Of a DNA stretch of 64,000 bases, positions 12,401-26,784 are shown piece after piece. The notes under the pieces are model-generated. The model had not been told where the DNA came from, searched no databases, and saw nothing but the letters and a program-made list of their open reading frames with translations. Source of the DNA: Octopus vulgaris. Its lineage: Eukaryota. Positions within the stretch are counted from its first letter, which is position 1. Every line of letters begins with the position of its first letter. A program made the translations under genes and the position numbers. The stretch is taken from contig OX597823.1 in assembly GCA_951406725.2 (NCBI GenBank), positions 23,932,001 to 23,996,000 on the forward strand. The letters run 5' to 3'.

Positions 12401-15400
12401 AATCAATTTCCTGAGTCTCTAAAGTTTTTAAGGATTCTGTGCATCTTTCACATACAGGAGCTGTCTTCTCTGATAACTTTCCAATTAATGCACTGCACCT
12501 GTAGTGTGTCCATAGCTTGTACTGGGTACACCGTATGGAGTTCTGCCTACAACTTTCCTACAAATCAGGGCCACCTACCTCAGTGGGCTAAGGTCCTGCC
12601 AGTTTTCTTGCTTACTAGAACCTTAGTCTTTGCTAAATTAACCATAAGGCTATAAGATTCCAGATTTTACTTTCACACCTGGAATTTTTCTTCTACTCTG
12701 ATATGGAATCTGCTATGAGGGTAAGATCATCAGCATATAGCAGTTCCCAGGGCTGCTGGTCTTGAATTCCTCTGTTATGACCTGAAGGACAATGATAAAA
12801 AGGAGGAGACTAAGGACTGAGCCTTGATGAAACACAACTTATACACCAAATTCTTCGCTGTACCCATGGTTAACTCTCACCTACTGACAACATCTTTGTA
12901 AATTACCTGTACAGCTTTCACCAGCTGCTCATCTATCCCAAGCCTCGTAAGAGCCCACCATATCACACAGCAGGGCACTCTTTCAAAGGCTTTCTCTAGA
13001 TCAATGAATGCTAGGTATAATAGCTTATTCTTAGCTAAGTACTTCTCTTGCAGTTCCCTGACTATGAAAATAGCATCAGTAGTGTTTCTTCCATGGACAG
13101 AGCTGAACTGCATTTCATTTAGCCTATTTCTGCTCCTAATTAATTGGGCAATAACTCTCTCTCTGTGTAACTTTCATCACCTGATCCAAGTGTTTGATGT
13201 CTCTATAGTTGCTTCTATCTAATACATCATCCTTAACCTTGTAGCAGTTAACAATTATACTGCTATGCTAGTCATTAGTCATTACACCTTGATGACTTGA
13301 TTGATTATACAGGTGACTGGCCCATATCCTATCTTACTGGATATTATGAGCATCTTAGCAGTGATTCCAGATGGATGAGGAGCTTTCCCAGTTTTCATGC
13401 TTTTAATTGTCTTATCTACCATACTGCTATCCACTAGGATAGCTGGTCCCTCTGTTGGGCTCACATGATGGAGATTCCCTTTATCTCATTCATTCTCTAC
13501 ATCCAACAGTCTTACATAGCAACTTTTCCATGCCTCTTTCTTGTCCACATCATTGAATGCAACCATATCATTATACATCTGCACACACTTCTCTCCTATA
13601 AAATCCCAATTTCCACTGACACACTGTCTGACAATCTAGAACACTTAAAGTCTCTGATCATCATGTTGTAGGACTTTGGCAAACCTCTTCTTTTCTGCTT
13701 CTATCTTAGCTAGATAGACCTGACATTTAGGCTCCCTTTTAGCCTTCTGATAAGATTCTTTGTCACCACCCCTCTTTTCCACACTTTCTAGTCTGTCTTA
13801 TGGCCCTGTCACTCTTGGTCTGGCAAAGACTTTGCTCCAACCATGTCACTCTTGGTCTGGACTTTGCTCCAACCAGAAATTCTGCTCTTAGTAGATTGTT
13901 CTGTAGGAACCTCCAGTTGTCCTCTATGTCATATATCTCTATCTCTCCCTCCTTCTCATCATAAGCCTCATTGAGGATATCTCTAAATCTTTGCCCTGTT
14001 GAGAGATCCCTGAGCTTCCACAGCCACATTTTCCATATTGGCTTGTATCTCAGGATCTTTTTGGCCCTAAGCCTGAAGTCACTAATCACTAACTTATGTT
14101 AAATAGGACATTCTTCACCTGGGAAGGATTTTGCATTTACAAGCATGTATCTATCCCTGTGTCTGATGAGGATGTAGTCAATCAGGTTGGTGTGTCCCCC
14201 AGATTGATAAGTGATCAGATAGTTGGCATGTTTTCTGAAGTTGGTGTTGCAGACCAGTAAGCCATGAACATCGCAGATCTCTAGCAGCCTTGTCTCCCAC
14301 CTCATTTCTGGAGCCAAAGCCATAGCTACCATGTACATCCTGAAATCCATCAGTGTTATCTAACATGTACATTGAAGTCCCCTGCCATGATGAGAACATC
14401 TTAATCTTTCGGTAGTCCCCAAAAGAGATTTGTAGAAGTCGTTCTTCTGAGCATGTGAGTCTGGGGTGCAGAGTATATGCAGAGATAACTGTCACAGTTA
14501 CATCCGACAAGGCTATTCTTAGTTTAATAATCCTATCACATATATCATGATTACCTCAGTCACCTTATCCACTCATATCTCTAGTAGTAGAATACCTATG
14601 CTACTTAGGCCTTCATTGTTGCCTTTGTATCTCTGCCCTTTGCCCGTAAGTAGTCTAGCTGAGGCTTTCTTCCATCATACTTCTTGGACACAGCACATGT
14701 CTACATGTTTCCACTCAAGCATCATAGTGCCAACATTGATTGTGCCAGCTCTGAGCTTGTGGAACTGGGGGAAGGATAGTGGTATATATGTGTATAGCTA
14801 TGTATATAACGATATCACCTGCATTGACCAGACCATCATCAGTTCTTGTCAAATACCACTTGTGACATTGTGCATCCTATTCTATCTTCATTGTGCCATT
14901 CTTTTCCATCTTGGCCCAAATTACTATTCTAATTTGTCTTCTCACCATTGTGAAAGTCTTTGAAGTGACTTTTTTTTATCTCTTGGATACCACTCAATAA
15001 CTGCACAGTCCACCTGTTGTCTATGAATCTTGCATCATGTCCAACCCAGCTGAATTTCTACTTTCAGTATTCTACAATCATATATTTCACTCAACTTCAT
15101 TCTTATATCACCTCATTTTGGATATATTCTTGCAATGATACTCCTAGCAAGGATCTTTCCTTAGCCCTTTGTGTTGTAGTAAACTGGTGTTCTTTTTTTT
15201 TTCATAATATCCCACACCTCACTTACATATAAGAGTGCTGGTAGGCTTGTGCTGTCGATGGGATTGACATGTAAAGTCTTGTTCAATACTACTTTGTGCA
15301 CATCTTATATCAAGGTAAATTTCTTCCATCCTGTGCTTATTTTTTATCAAGATATCAGTGTCAGTGTCTATAGTACAATGGATTACACCATCCACTCTAG

Positions 15401-18400
15401 CACAGCTTATAGAACAAGTGGAAGAATAATAGCTGCCTCTGTGTATCACTTGCATTGAGTTTGAAAAGGTCTTCGATAGCACTGGGATGAATGCAGTGCT
15501 GAAATATCTGGATATGCAAGGATTCAAGACAAAAAACTACTGAGAAATACAAACTCTGGATGCAGTACCAATATAATTCTGCTATTGCTACCAGTAAGGG
15601 TTCCAATTGGGAAAGTCATTTACAAGGAGATACTATCTCTCCAAATCTCTTCACTACATGCCTAGAAATGGTGAACAAAGACCTTAACAGGTAAGGTGGT
15701 GTAAAAGTCAATGGTGAGCTACTGATACACCTCTGATTCACAGATGATATTGGACTTATTACCAAAACCCCAGATAAAGCTGCTGATCATGCTTAAAGAT
15801 ATGGCCATCCATAGAGCAGGCATACAGTGAAAGCAAAATAATAAATGTGGTCCAGTGACATAGAACTGTAGCGCTTAGTGAAATACATTATCTATCTTTG
15901 CAAGACAACAATACTGACACTTATAAACATTTTTACAGTGTATATTCCAAAGAGATAATCTCTTTGTAGTTCTGTTTATTTTGGTATCTTTCCTGCTACA
16001 AAAATCCAATGCATACACACAAAAGTCTGCAACTGTTTGAGACAACAATGTAACCCATAACTTCTTTGTTGATGACATGAAGATTTATGCTAAAAGTGTT
16101 TACAATACCAAAAGCAGCTGGAAGTAATTACAGCATTTTCAGTTGACAGAGGAATGGAATTTGGCCAAAAGAAATTTCATATTTGATTGTTGAATATAGA
16201 AAATTAGTCCCACAAACTCAAAAGCTGAGCATAAATGGTCTCTCTATCTCTCCTGTTTCAGAAAAAGAATGCTACAAATATTTAGCCATTAATAAAAACA
16301 TCATATGCATGGGTTGGGATTAAAGTTTGCATAACCTGAGAATATTACACCAGACTTAGAAAAGTATGGCAGTCAGAACTCTCTCCTTACAAGTCATTCC
16401 ACAACGCATTGGTATTACAAGTGCTGATACCAATGTTTGGGATACTTAGCTTATCTTTAGAGGAATTCCACTTCATAGACATTAAAACCTTCATGATGTT
16501 GACATAACTAGAAATCTTCACACAAACAATATTGACACAATCTACCTAAGGAGAGATGAAGGAAGCAGAGGCATGAGATCAGTATAAACAGCCTTTGAAT
16601 GTCATATAGTCTCTTTGTAACAACCTCTGCTAAATAACAGCAGCAAAAGTAAATATATAAAACTAGTGCTGAAGAGCAAAGTAGACAACATGTCACCTAC
16701 TGACATTGATCTGAGGAAGCGCTCTAACCCAGAACAGCTAGACTGAAATATATCAAAGAAGACCTGGATGTGAAACACTCAGCTTTGAATATGTTTTCTG
16801 AACACTTGAAAATGACAGTAGTATCCCACATAAAGTGCAGCCTTTCTGAGGCTCATGACAACTACATAACATTACACTTTGAAGCCTATGCATTTGCAGT
16901 CTGAGGGTGGGAGATTGCTACAAAATTCCTAATAAAAGGATGCAACCAAAAATATTAATTACATCACATTTCTATAGTGTACATCACAAATGATCAGCAG
17001 CTGTCCAAAAATGACAAAAAGGTACCATCTCCCAATGCAACTTGACACTGTTGCTAAAACAATATATAATGCTAATCAAAAACAAAACTATCCTGTGATA
17101 ACTATAGAACTCCACCTCTTACTATTGAAAAGATACAAAAGCATTAACACATATAATATCAGTAAAACATTCCCATCAAATCTTCCAATGAATGCAAACA
17201 TAACAGGCTGTACATCATTTTTGGGAACAGACAAGAAATTGTGCGAACTGTTAAAGAAATCAGTTAGATTATTGATGTGAATATATCTTTGACAATCAAA
17301 GAAAAAGAAGATAACTCTGAACAATTGCTTTGAAACTTCCATCTTCTTTACCATATAATAAATTCACATTTCTACCAACAATAACTAGTGTACTTAATTT
17401 TATGAGTAACTGACTATATGACTATTTGGATAAGTTGGGGTTTTCAGAAAACTAAATCAACCAGCTAACACACACATTATAAATGCAAGGGGGTACCCAA
17501 AAGAAACCAAAATTTTGCAATATTATTTTATTCACCTAGTTTTTCATGTTTACACTCTTATCAAATTCAAAGCATTCTCCATTTGTAGCAATACATTGTT
17601 CCAGATGTGTTTTCCACTATTGGAAGCAGTCTGGAACTCTTGCGAAGTGAAGCCTTTTAATGCCTCCATCATTTTTTTCTTCACCTCTTCCACATCTGCA
17701 AATTCCGTAGTACCAGCTTTTGTCACCAGTGATAACCTTCGAAAAATGGTCTACATCAATTTCCAACTGTTCTTTAAGTTTATGACATGCATTCAGTTGT
17801 CACTGCTTTTGATCTTCTGTGAGTAAGTAAGGTACAAATTTTTCTGCAACTCTTTTCATTTGTAATTCCTTGCTCAAAATTCATTGAAAAGAGCTTCAGG
17901 ACACACACCAGCCATATCAACAACTACATCAGTTGTTTGTTGATGGTCCTCTAAGATCAGTTCATGAATTTTCATGATGATTTCATATTATTCCTAAAGT
18001 GTGAAAATCACTTGTAAACTTGTGTTTTGCTCATGACAGTGACCTTGTAAGCTGTTTGAAACATGACAACTGTTTTGGTTGCTGTTTTTCCCAGCAGAAA
18101 ACAGAATTTCACAGAAGCATGCTGTTCTCTCTTATCAGCCATTGCAAAAATCAACAAACAGGGGAGAAGCACTACAAAACAAAAATACCCCACATGGCAG
18201 TATGACCCTGCTGGACAACAGTTGGCAGACTGATACCTGAGGGGCACATCAAGTGGCTTCCAGAAGCAGAAGCCTGAACTACAACTGGCTTGTCTTATAG
18301 AGAATGCTTCCAGTTACTTTTGGGTACCCCCTCGTACAGTATATCAGCAGAACTGTAAAAATATGCAAGTCATTTTTCAAGTTCAAAATTTGAATTTCTT

Positions 18401-21240
18401 TTTGTTATTTCCATTCCTACAATTTTCTTTTGTATCATTGTGAGAAACCAGCTCCTTCCTCAAAGAAAGACTTTAAATAGTTAAAAATAGACGAGTACAC
18501 ACACATGCATACTAGCTTACATGCATGCATCATGCAGGTATATATATATTTTTACCAGTGTACAAATTTCTTCAAAATGTTTCACTCAGCATTTTTATTG
18601 TAACATTGTCATTATCTCTTCCTTCTCAATCTTCTACTAACATAAAAACACCAATGATATCAGTTACTGTTTCCATTTCCAGTTTACATACAGATTGACT
18701 GTGAAACTCCAAAAGATATTGTTGGTACATCAAAGTCTTACAAAAATACCACCTATAAATCTGAAGTAACCTACATTTGTCAAGGAGGAGAACAACTAAA
18801 GTCAATATGTGAAAAGGACAATAAATGGACTCCAGTAAAGTCTAAGTGTAAAGGTAATGTAAATGGCTTCCCTCTTGTTACTGTCTAGATACTTTTATTT
18901 TATTTTTTGCAGTTAAATGTCTTTGTAAGAGAAGGCTTGGTTGACTCCATGATAATTTCCCTGGTGTTTGTCGCTGGTGGGAGACAGAGGGTAATCCAAC
19001 TGTCATGCACTTCTGTACTTCCTTTAGGGACATGAGGCACTCATTCTTTGTGCTCCTACCCCCTGCTTCCCAAAACAAGTTGCAGGCAAAACATTTTTCA
19101 AATGAACCCTTCTATTTATTTTCTGAATGCATCCTTTGTTTACTCATGTGACAGGCATGCAGTATAGTTATTCCTTTGAGCCCTTTTCATATTGCAGCTT
19201 GCTTTGAGCTTACTTGCATCAGGTGCCAAACTGGTATTTTTATTGGACTCAAAAATATGTATACTCTAGATAAAGATAGTTATGGTCGGTTTCATTTCCA
19301 TAAAGCACTTAGCTTTACATATGACTCATCAGATCCTAATGGCCAGTGGCCTATAACCACTCTTCAAATTGGAGGGAGAAAAGGCCTCATTGTAAGTTTT
19401 TGAACACACAGGCAAAGAAGAAATGTCTTGTGCAAGTGATTTCTTAAATTCCAGGACGGAAGACTTCAGATCCTGCTTACACTTCAGTTGATTCCTACTG
19501 ATATTTTGGGGCTCACAAGCTGACTGGGTGGATTCTGGATAGTGGTCTAAGGGAGACAATCCCATATGCTTGACCTTTGTGTTTTCAAAATCTAGCCATG
19601 AGACCTTTTTTCCTTCTATTTTGACGAGAGGTTATAGGTCACCGGTTGTTAGGACCTGACACGATATATGTAAAACTAAGCACTTTATGGGTTCAAAACC
19701 CTGGGTAACCCTATGAACTATCTTTCATCATCATCGTTTAACATCCACCTTCCATGCTGGCATGGGAGGGATGGTTTGACAGGAGCTAGCTAGGCACAAG
19801 CTTGCACCAGATTTGTGTGACTGTTTTGGCAGGATGTTTACAGCTGGATGCCCTTCCTAACACCAACCACCCAGCAGAGTAGACTTAGTGCTTTTTACAT
19901 GGCACAAGCACAAGTAAGATCAGTTTTGGCAAGGTTTTTACAGCTGGATGCCCTTCTAAATACCAACCACTTTACAGTGTGGACTGGATGCTTTTTAAGT
20001 GGCACCTACAAGGCAAAGATCTTTTGAGAGGAAAGGGAGCATTAGAGGAGGTGATCTTGTGTCAGATGATAACAGGTTATAATATGACAGAGAGACAGAA
20101 ACAGGTGCCTTGCTGTAGAGGAGGTTCAAGGTAACCCGGTTAGAGAGTGAGAGAGAGAGAGATCAAGAATGATGACAGAAACAGGTGTGTTGCTGCAAAG
20201 GAAATACATCGTTACACAACCTGAGGGAAGTACAGGAGAAGGAGAGAGAGATAGGGGCAAAGTGCCAGGCATACTCACAAGGAACAAGGATCAGAATATA
20301 AATGGGATGGTCAAGTAAAGGCAGAGAGATACAGATGGTGGCAAGAGCCAGGGCATACCCTTGAAGTTTGAGGGTCATAATATAAGTGGCAGGATATTGC
20401 CTAAGAAACATGATTAGTGAGTGGGGAGGGGAAGTGAGTGATGAAAACCTGGGTATATAGAGTGGGTGGTGGCTACTGGATAGCAATGATATAGGGAAAC
20501 AGGGCCGTGAGGACAGGATTGGGGAGTGAGAGGTAGGCATAGTGCATGAAGGAGGAAATGCGAGGAAGAGAAGAGATAGATTGGTTTGTTGGGGTAGGGC
20601 GCATGAAAAGTTTTCTTGTTGTGTATGGGTGGAATACACAGGTCAGGGGCTAACAGATAGCAATGATAGAGTGAGACAGGGCCAAGAGGACAGGATTGGG
20701 GAGTGGGAGGTAAGCATTGTGCATGAAGTGGAAATGTGAGAACAGAAGAGATGTAGTTTGGTTTGTTGTGGTAGGATGTGTGAGAAGTTTTCTTGAGACA
20801 CACAGTGCTTCTAGAACTCAGTTTCACTGACATGGGTAGGACTTCTCAAGAACCTCATATCGCCAGACATCTCTGTCCATTGTCATTTCTTCCATGAGGT
20901 CTAACATCCTGAGATCATTCCATACTACTTCAGCCCATGTCTTCTTGGGTATCTCTCTTCTGTGGGTACCATCCACTTTCAGTGATCACCACTTCTTTAT
21001 GCAGCTGTCGTCATGCATATCTTTTGCATGTCCAAACCAAAGTAGACTTCTCTCTTGAATGCTACATATAATTCCTCTTATGCCCAACTTTTCTCTCAAT
21101 ACATTTGCACTTTGTCATACATGCACACTGATGTTGCACATCCAATGGAGCATACTTCCTTCATTTCTTCCTAGTCAATGAATGCCTTCTGCATTCAGAG
21201 CCCATGTCTCCCTACCATGGAGTATAGCCATGTGCACAAA

Positions 21241-21274
<34 letters not shown>

Positions 21275-24200
21275 ATAGATGCATGGTTAGTAAGAGCTGT
21301 GCAAGCAATGTACAGGGACACTGTCAGTAAGGTGAGGGTTGGCAATGAGTACAGTGAAGAATTCCAGGTAGAGGTAGGGGTCCTCCAAGATTCAGTCTGC
21401 AGCCCCCTCCTATTTATCATAGTCCTCCAGGCAATAACAGAGGACTTCAAGACAGGAAGCCCCTGGGAGCTCCTCTATGCTGACGACCTTGCTCTAATTG
21501 CTAAGTCACTATCAGAACTAGAGGAGAAGTTTCAGGTGTGGAAACAAGGATTAGAATCGAAGGGCCTTAGAGTCATCCTAGCTAAAACCAAAGCCCTAAT
21601 AAGTAGGAAGGCAGGTAAACCACAAGTCCCTTCAAGTAGATGGCCCTGTTCAATCTGTAGAAAAGGCGTAGGTAGAAACTCTATAAGATGTACCCAGTGT
21701 AAGCTATGGACACATAAGAGGTGCAGCAATATCAAAGGATGGCTAACTGGGAAGATAGTTTTTGTATGTGGCAGATGCTCGGAAGCAATAAATAACACTG
21801 AAAATGTGCAAAGAACAACTTACACCACATTCCAGGGAGAAAAACTAGTAGTAGTTGATAGCTTCCATTACCTAGGTGACCAAGTCCGTAGCGGGGCAGG
21901 GTGCACTGAAAGTGTAGCTGCTAGAATAAGAATAGCCTGGACAAAGTTCAGAGAGCTCTTACCTCTGCTGGTGACAAATGGCTTCTTGCTCAGAGTAAAT
22001 GCATGTGTACGAACAGCCATGCTACATGGCAGTGAAACATGGGCCATAACTGCTGAGAACATGTGTAAGCTCACAAGGATTCAGGCCAGTATGCTCCAAT
22101 GGATGTGTAATGTCAGTATGCATACACGACAGAGTGTAAGTACCATTGGACCTAAAATGCATCAAATGTGGTGTGCAAGAGAGACGACTGCACTGGTATG
22201 GTCATGTGGTGAGAATGGATGAGGATAGCTGTGTGAGGGAACCTGTGGAAGAGGTAGACCCAGGAAGACCTCACTGAGGGAATGACTAATGACCAAGACC
22301 TTTGGAGATATGCTGTGCTTGAGAAGACCCGGCAAGCCAAGTGAGCCCATAACCTTGTGGCCTATGCCAGGGGTGTAACCAGCCCACTTATGCATACCTT
22401 TCCTTCATTTGACACTAAACTCTGCTTGCGAAGACCTGTTGAGGCAAGTGAAATCGAAATTGATGACTGGCATCCATACTAGTGGAATGCTAAGAGCACC
22501 ATCCGAGCCTGATCATTGCTAGAGCAGCTAACTGGCTTCTGCGCCAGTGGCACGTAGAAAGCACCATTTGAGCATGAGCGTTACCAGCATTGCCTCACTG
22601 GCACTTGTGCTGGTGACTCATGAAAAAACATTCGAGTGAGGTCATTGCCAGTGCTGCTGGACTGGTTCCTGTGCAGGTGGCATGTAAAAAACACCATTTG
22701 AGCATGCCAGTACCACCTGACTGGCCCTCGTGCCAGTGGCACGTAAAAGCACCCATTACACTCTCGGAGTGGTTGGCGCTAGGAAGGACATCCAGCTGTA
22801 GAAACTCTGCCAGATCAGATTGAAGCCTGGTGCAGCCTTCTGGTTTGCCAGTCCTCAGTCTAATCATCCAACCCATGCTAGCATGGAAAGCAGACATTAA
22901 ACGATGATGGTGATGATGATGATATATATATGTCTTTGTACCTATTTCTTCATTTTGTTTCACTCAGTGTTATTATCTTTTCATTCTCATACTCCTAATA
23001 TACATACACTATTGGTATCAGTTTCTGTTTTCAATTTCAGCTTTTGAAGATATTGACTGTGGAAATCCAAAAGACATTGCTGGTGCAGCAATGTCCTACA
23101 AAACCACTACCTATAAATCTGAAGTAACCTATACTTGTCCAAAGGGAGAGCAACTAAAGTCAGTATGTGAAAAGAACAACAAATGGACTCCAATAGCTTC
23201 TACCTGTAAAGGTAACATGAATAGCTTCTCTTTTGTTGTCTTTCTCTATGTAATTTAGTTTTATTTTTGTATTAAATGTTTGTCAGAAAATTCCATGATA
23301 ATTTTATGTACAATATTATATCCTGAGTCTTTCATTACTAAAATTTGGCAATCTTCTGGAAGTGACTTCTGATGTTATCTTCCAATCACCACCTTTAATT
23401 ATGATAATACTACTTATAATAATGATGATTTCTGATTTAGACAAAAAGGTAACAAAAGTGTTTTGTCAATATCAAGAACCTGATTGACACATAAATTATT
23501 GACCCCAGCAAGTGTGAAAGACAAAGTTGTCTTTGGTTTGATTTCAATTAATTTCAAGTCAGATAACCAGAATACATACTGTAAGGCATTTCTTCCATTT
23601 TTCTAAGTAGTATACTTGTCCTCCTCCCTCCTCTTCTTCACATCCTCATCCTCCTAATCAAACATTCATTTTACATACTGGCATGAGTTGGACATTTTAA
23701 CAGAGTACAATGACCTACAGAGCTGCATCAGGCCCAAATGTCAGTTTTTGCATGGTTTCTATGGTTAGATAACCATCCTAATGCCAACCACATCGCAGTA
23801 TGTACTTAGTGATTATTGTCATGACACTGCCCCTAGTGAGGTCAACAAGTAACATGAAAAACAAAGTAAAGGAAAAGAAAGAGAAAGACCCCTACACTAA
23901 GAGGGAGTGTCTTACCACAGAGATATATGGCTACCCCACATCATGTGAGGGTGGGCGACAGTAGCTGGAAGGGAGAAAAAGGTGGTGATGATATTTCTCC
24001 ACTAATCCTCAATTGATTGCAAGAACAGAACATCCACGAATTCCATTGTCCAGGTCCTGCATACTATATTTTCTGAAGTCCATCGGATTACATTAGATAA
24101 TCCTGTCTACCCTTTTGAAGAGAGTTGGGCGTGACTGAGAGAGATTTTAATATTTCTAACATGTTGAGTGTCTACGTAAGGGCTTCCACAGCAGTTGATC

Positions 24201-26749
24201 TACAGTAACTGTGGAACTTAGTATTGCAGGTTAACTGATATGACAAGCTTTTCCTCTGATATCATCTGTTGCCTGATTCAGAACAACCCCCATGTCCTTT
24301 AAATAGCCATGGCAGTGATGATGGGCGATGTTAACATAATTATTGCTAAAACAAACACTGTCATTGACCCACAGATTTACTCAGGCTTGATATGGACTGT
24401 TTTAATGACACAAGTGTAGAAGGGTGGGTGGCCTCAGAATTTCATAACATGGCTGTTTCTGTCATGACTAGCTTATTAAAAAAAATCAAAATAACATCCC
24501 ATTGTAATCAATTAGAAATTCATCGTTTATGTACTTAGTCAAATGTAATTATGGAAAGCTATGAGATTGTATGGTATTTATGTCATTCTCACAAGCACTA
24601 ACTTCAACAAAAAGTGAACTGACTTCAACTAAGATTCAAACCCGTATTTAGTTACCTCCTTTTACATTCTGGGTTCAAATGCCAACAGGATATAACATGC
24701 CTTCCATACTCTGAGGTTACTTTATTTTTGTGTATCCTCACTGAAGAATGTGTTGAATTAAGCCTAAATTAAGAGTAATTATTATTAATATTGTTACTAG
24801 CATCATTTTAATTATATCTGCAGTTAAGTGTGATATATTTGCAAAATGTGTTGTATTTTTTCTGGCATTTTAACTTCTGAGTTAAAATTCTACTGATGTG
24901 AACTTTGCCCTGTAAAATAAAAAGTTAGTCAAGTTTGTGTAGGGGCAGTTGCAATTTTATTCAAAAATTCACCCCTCAAAGTTTTGGCCTTATTTCTGTT
25001 AGAAATTAAATTATATTGCTGTTAATTTTCATTGGTATAACTTTTACTTTAATTTCAGATACTCAGATGCATTTTGTGAAAGTAGAAAATGCAATTCTGA
25101 ATGTAATGGGGAAAGTTTTGTGGAATAAGGAAAATGTAACAGCAGACGCTTGTGCAGAAAAATGTTTTTCCGACAAAAGTTGTTTGTCATTCGAATTAAT
25201 TAAAAGCAGTGGAAAATGTTATCTATCAAAGCAAACTGCAGCTTCCACTGAGAAATTAAAATCGGACAAAAGCACAGATTATTACCAACGAATAGTTTGT
25301 AATTATACTTTGTGTTTCACTATTGATTTTCTTTCCTTCTTTTTCTGAAATTTGCGATTCCATTTTTACTTCATAGTATATCGATAACTATTTCTGTAAA
25401 GAAATCAACAGCTTTACTTATGAAGAGAGATATAAACATATTCCTGCAAAACAATTTTTAAAATCAGTATTAGGAACTGTACCTACTGCTGAGGCATTCT
25501 CATACAGTATTTGTTCACCTTGAACTCATTAATGCATGTTCTAATTCTTTTTATGCATTTCAGTTATGAAGTGCATTGAAAGATTCATTCAAAGAAATCA
25601 GTCTCAGTACTCTTTTAAGACCTCTTACTTATTATCTAATTCTGTTTTGCTGGGATATAAACAAACTAACACCTGTTGTCAAGAAGTTGTGGAAGTCAAA
25701 TCCAAACACACACACATTGAGCTACATGTACATATACATACCTATACATATTATATTGTTGTTAAATGCAGTCTCCTGACACCTACACAACTAAAACAGC
25801 CAAGTCAGCAGCTAGGAAACCACAGGCAAGCCCAGCAAGCCAACTTGCTTAGAGTGTAAGAAGTAGTCATACCCAGCTGGATGTCTTGCATAATGTGGTT
25901 CTTTGTCACCTGGTTCACTTCATCTTTTCTCCAACTGTCTTCATTACCAACTTCACACTGACTGTAGTCCCTGGTCACCTGCCTTCACACCAACTGTTCA
26001 CATTGCCAAACCCACACTATGTGTTCACCCACTAGTTTATATAGTCCACCTCACAGTAAAAGTTCACAAAAAGAAAGCATGCAGCATGCTTTAAATCAGT
26101 CACGTGATCAACATTGTTTCTCATTAGAGTTAATTATTGATCCATTATTGGTTTTGTTTTGTATAGCTAGAGAGCAGTATTTTGAGTTGTACCATATAAA
26201 ATTATATTTATCAGAATATTTTCTTTCATAACACTACCCACTCCTTAGACCTTTGTCAACCTGACAAAAGTATGCAACATTTATAACTGCAGTCCTTATA
26301 GTGATTGTCTTGCCCTTTTTCTTCTTGGTCTTCCCCAGTACCTTTGTCAACAGATGTATCCAACCTCCCAAGGAAGTCCCAGCTGAACTGGCTAGGCCCA
26401 TAGTACTTTCATAGATGATTCACATTCACAATCTTAGGATGAGCCCTCTTGCCTCCTCGAATCCAGTATGATATGTCAAACAGGCAATTCAACACTGTAT
26501 AGTGTCTTTCTCATAGACTCTGCAGCTTTGGTGACAGCTTCTTCTTCCACTGGAAATTATGTAGCCACACTTCATCTCCCTCCTTAAAGTTTATCTCACT
26601 AGTCCTGACATCATGCCAACGTTTCATCACTCCACCTGAAAATTTCAGAGCTCAATAATCCATACAGTACTTCATTGAACTGTCTTTCTTTTGACACCAA
26701 AACATCTGCTGCTGGTCAGGGACTGCCTGTTTCATTTTATCCTTTTTGT

Positions 26750-26784
<35 letters not shown>

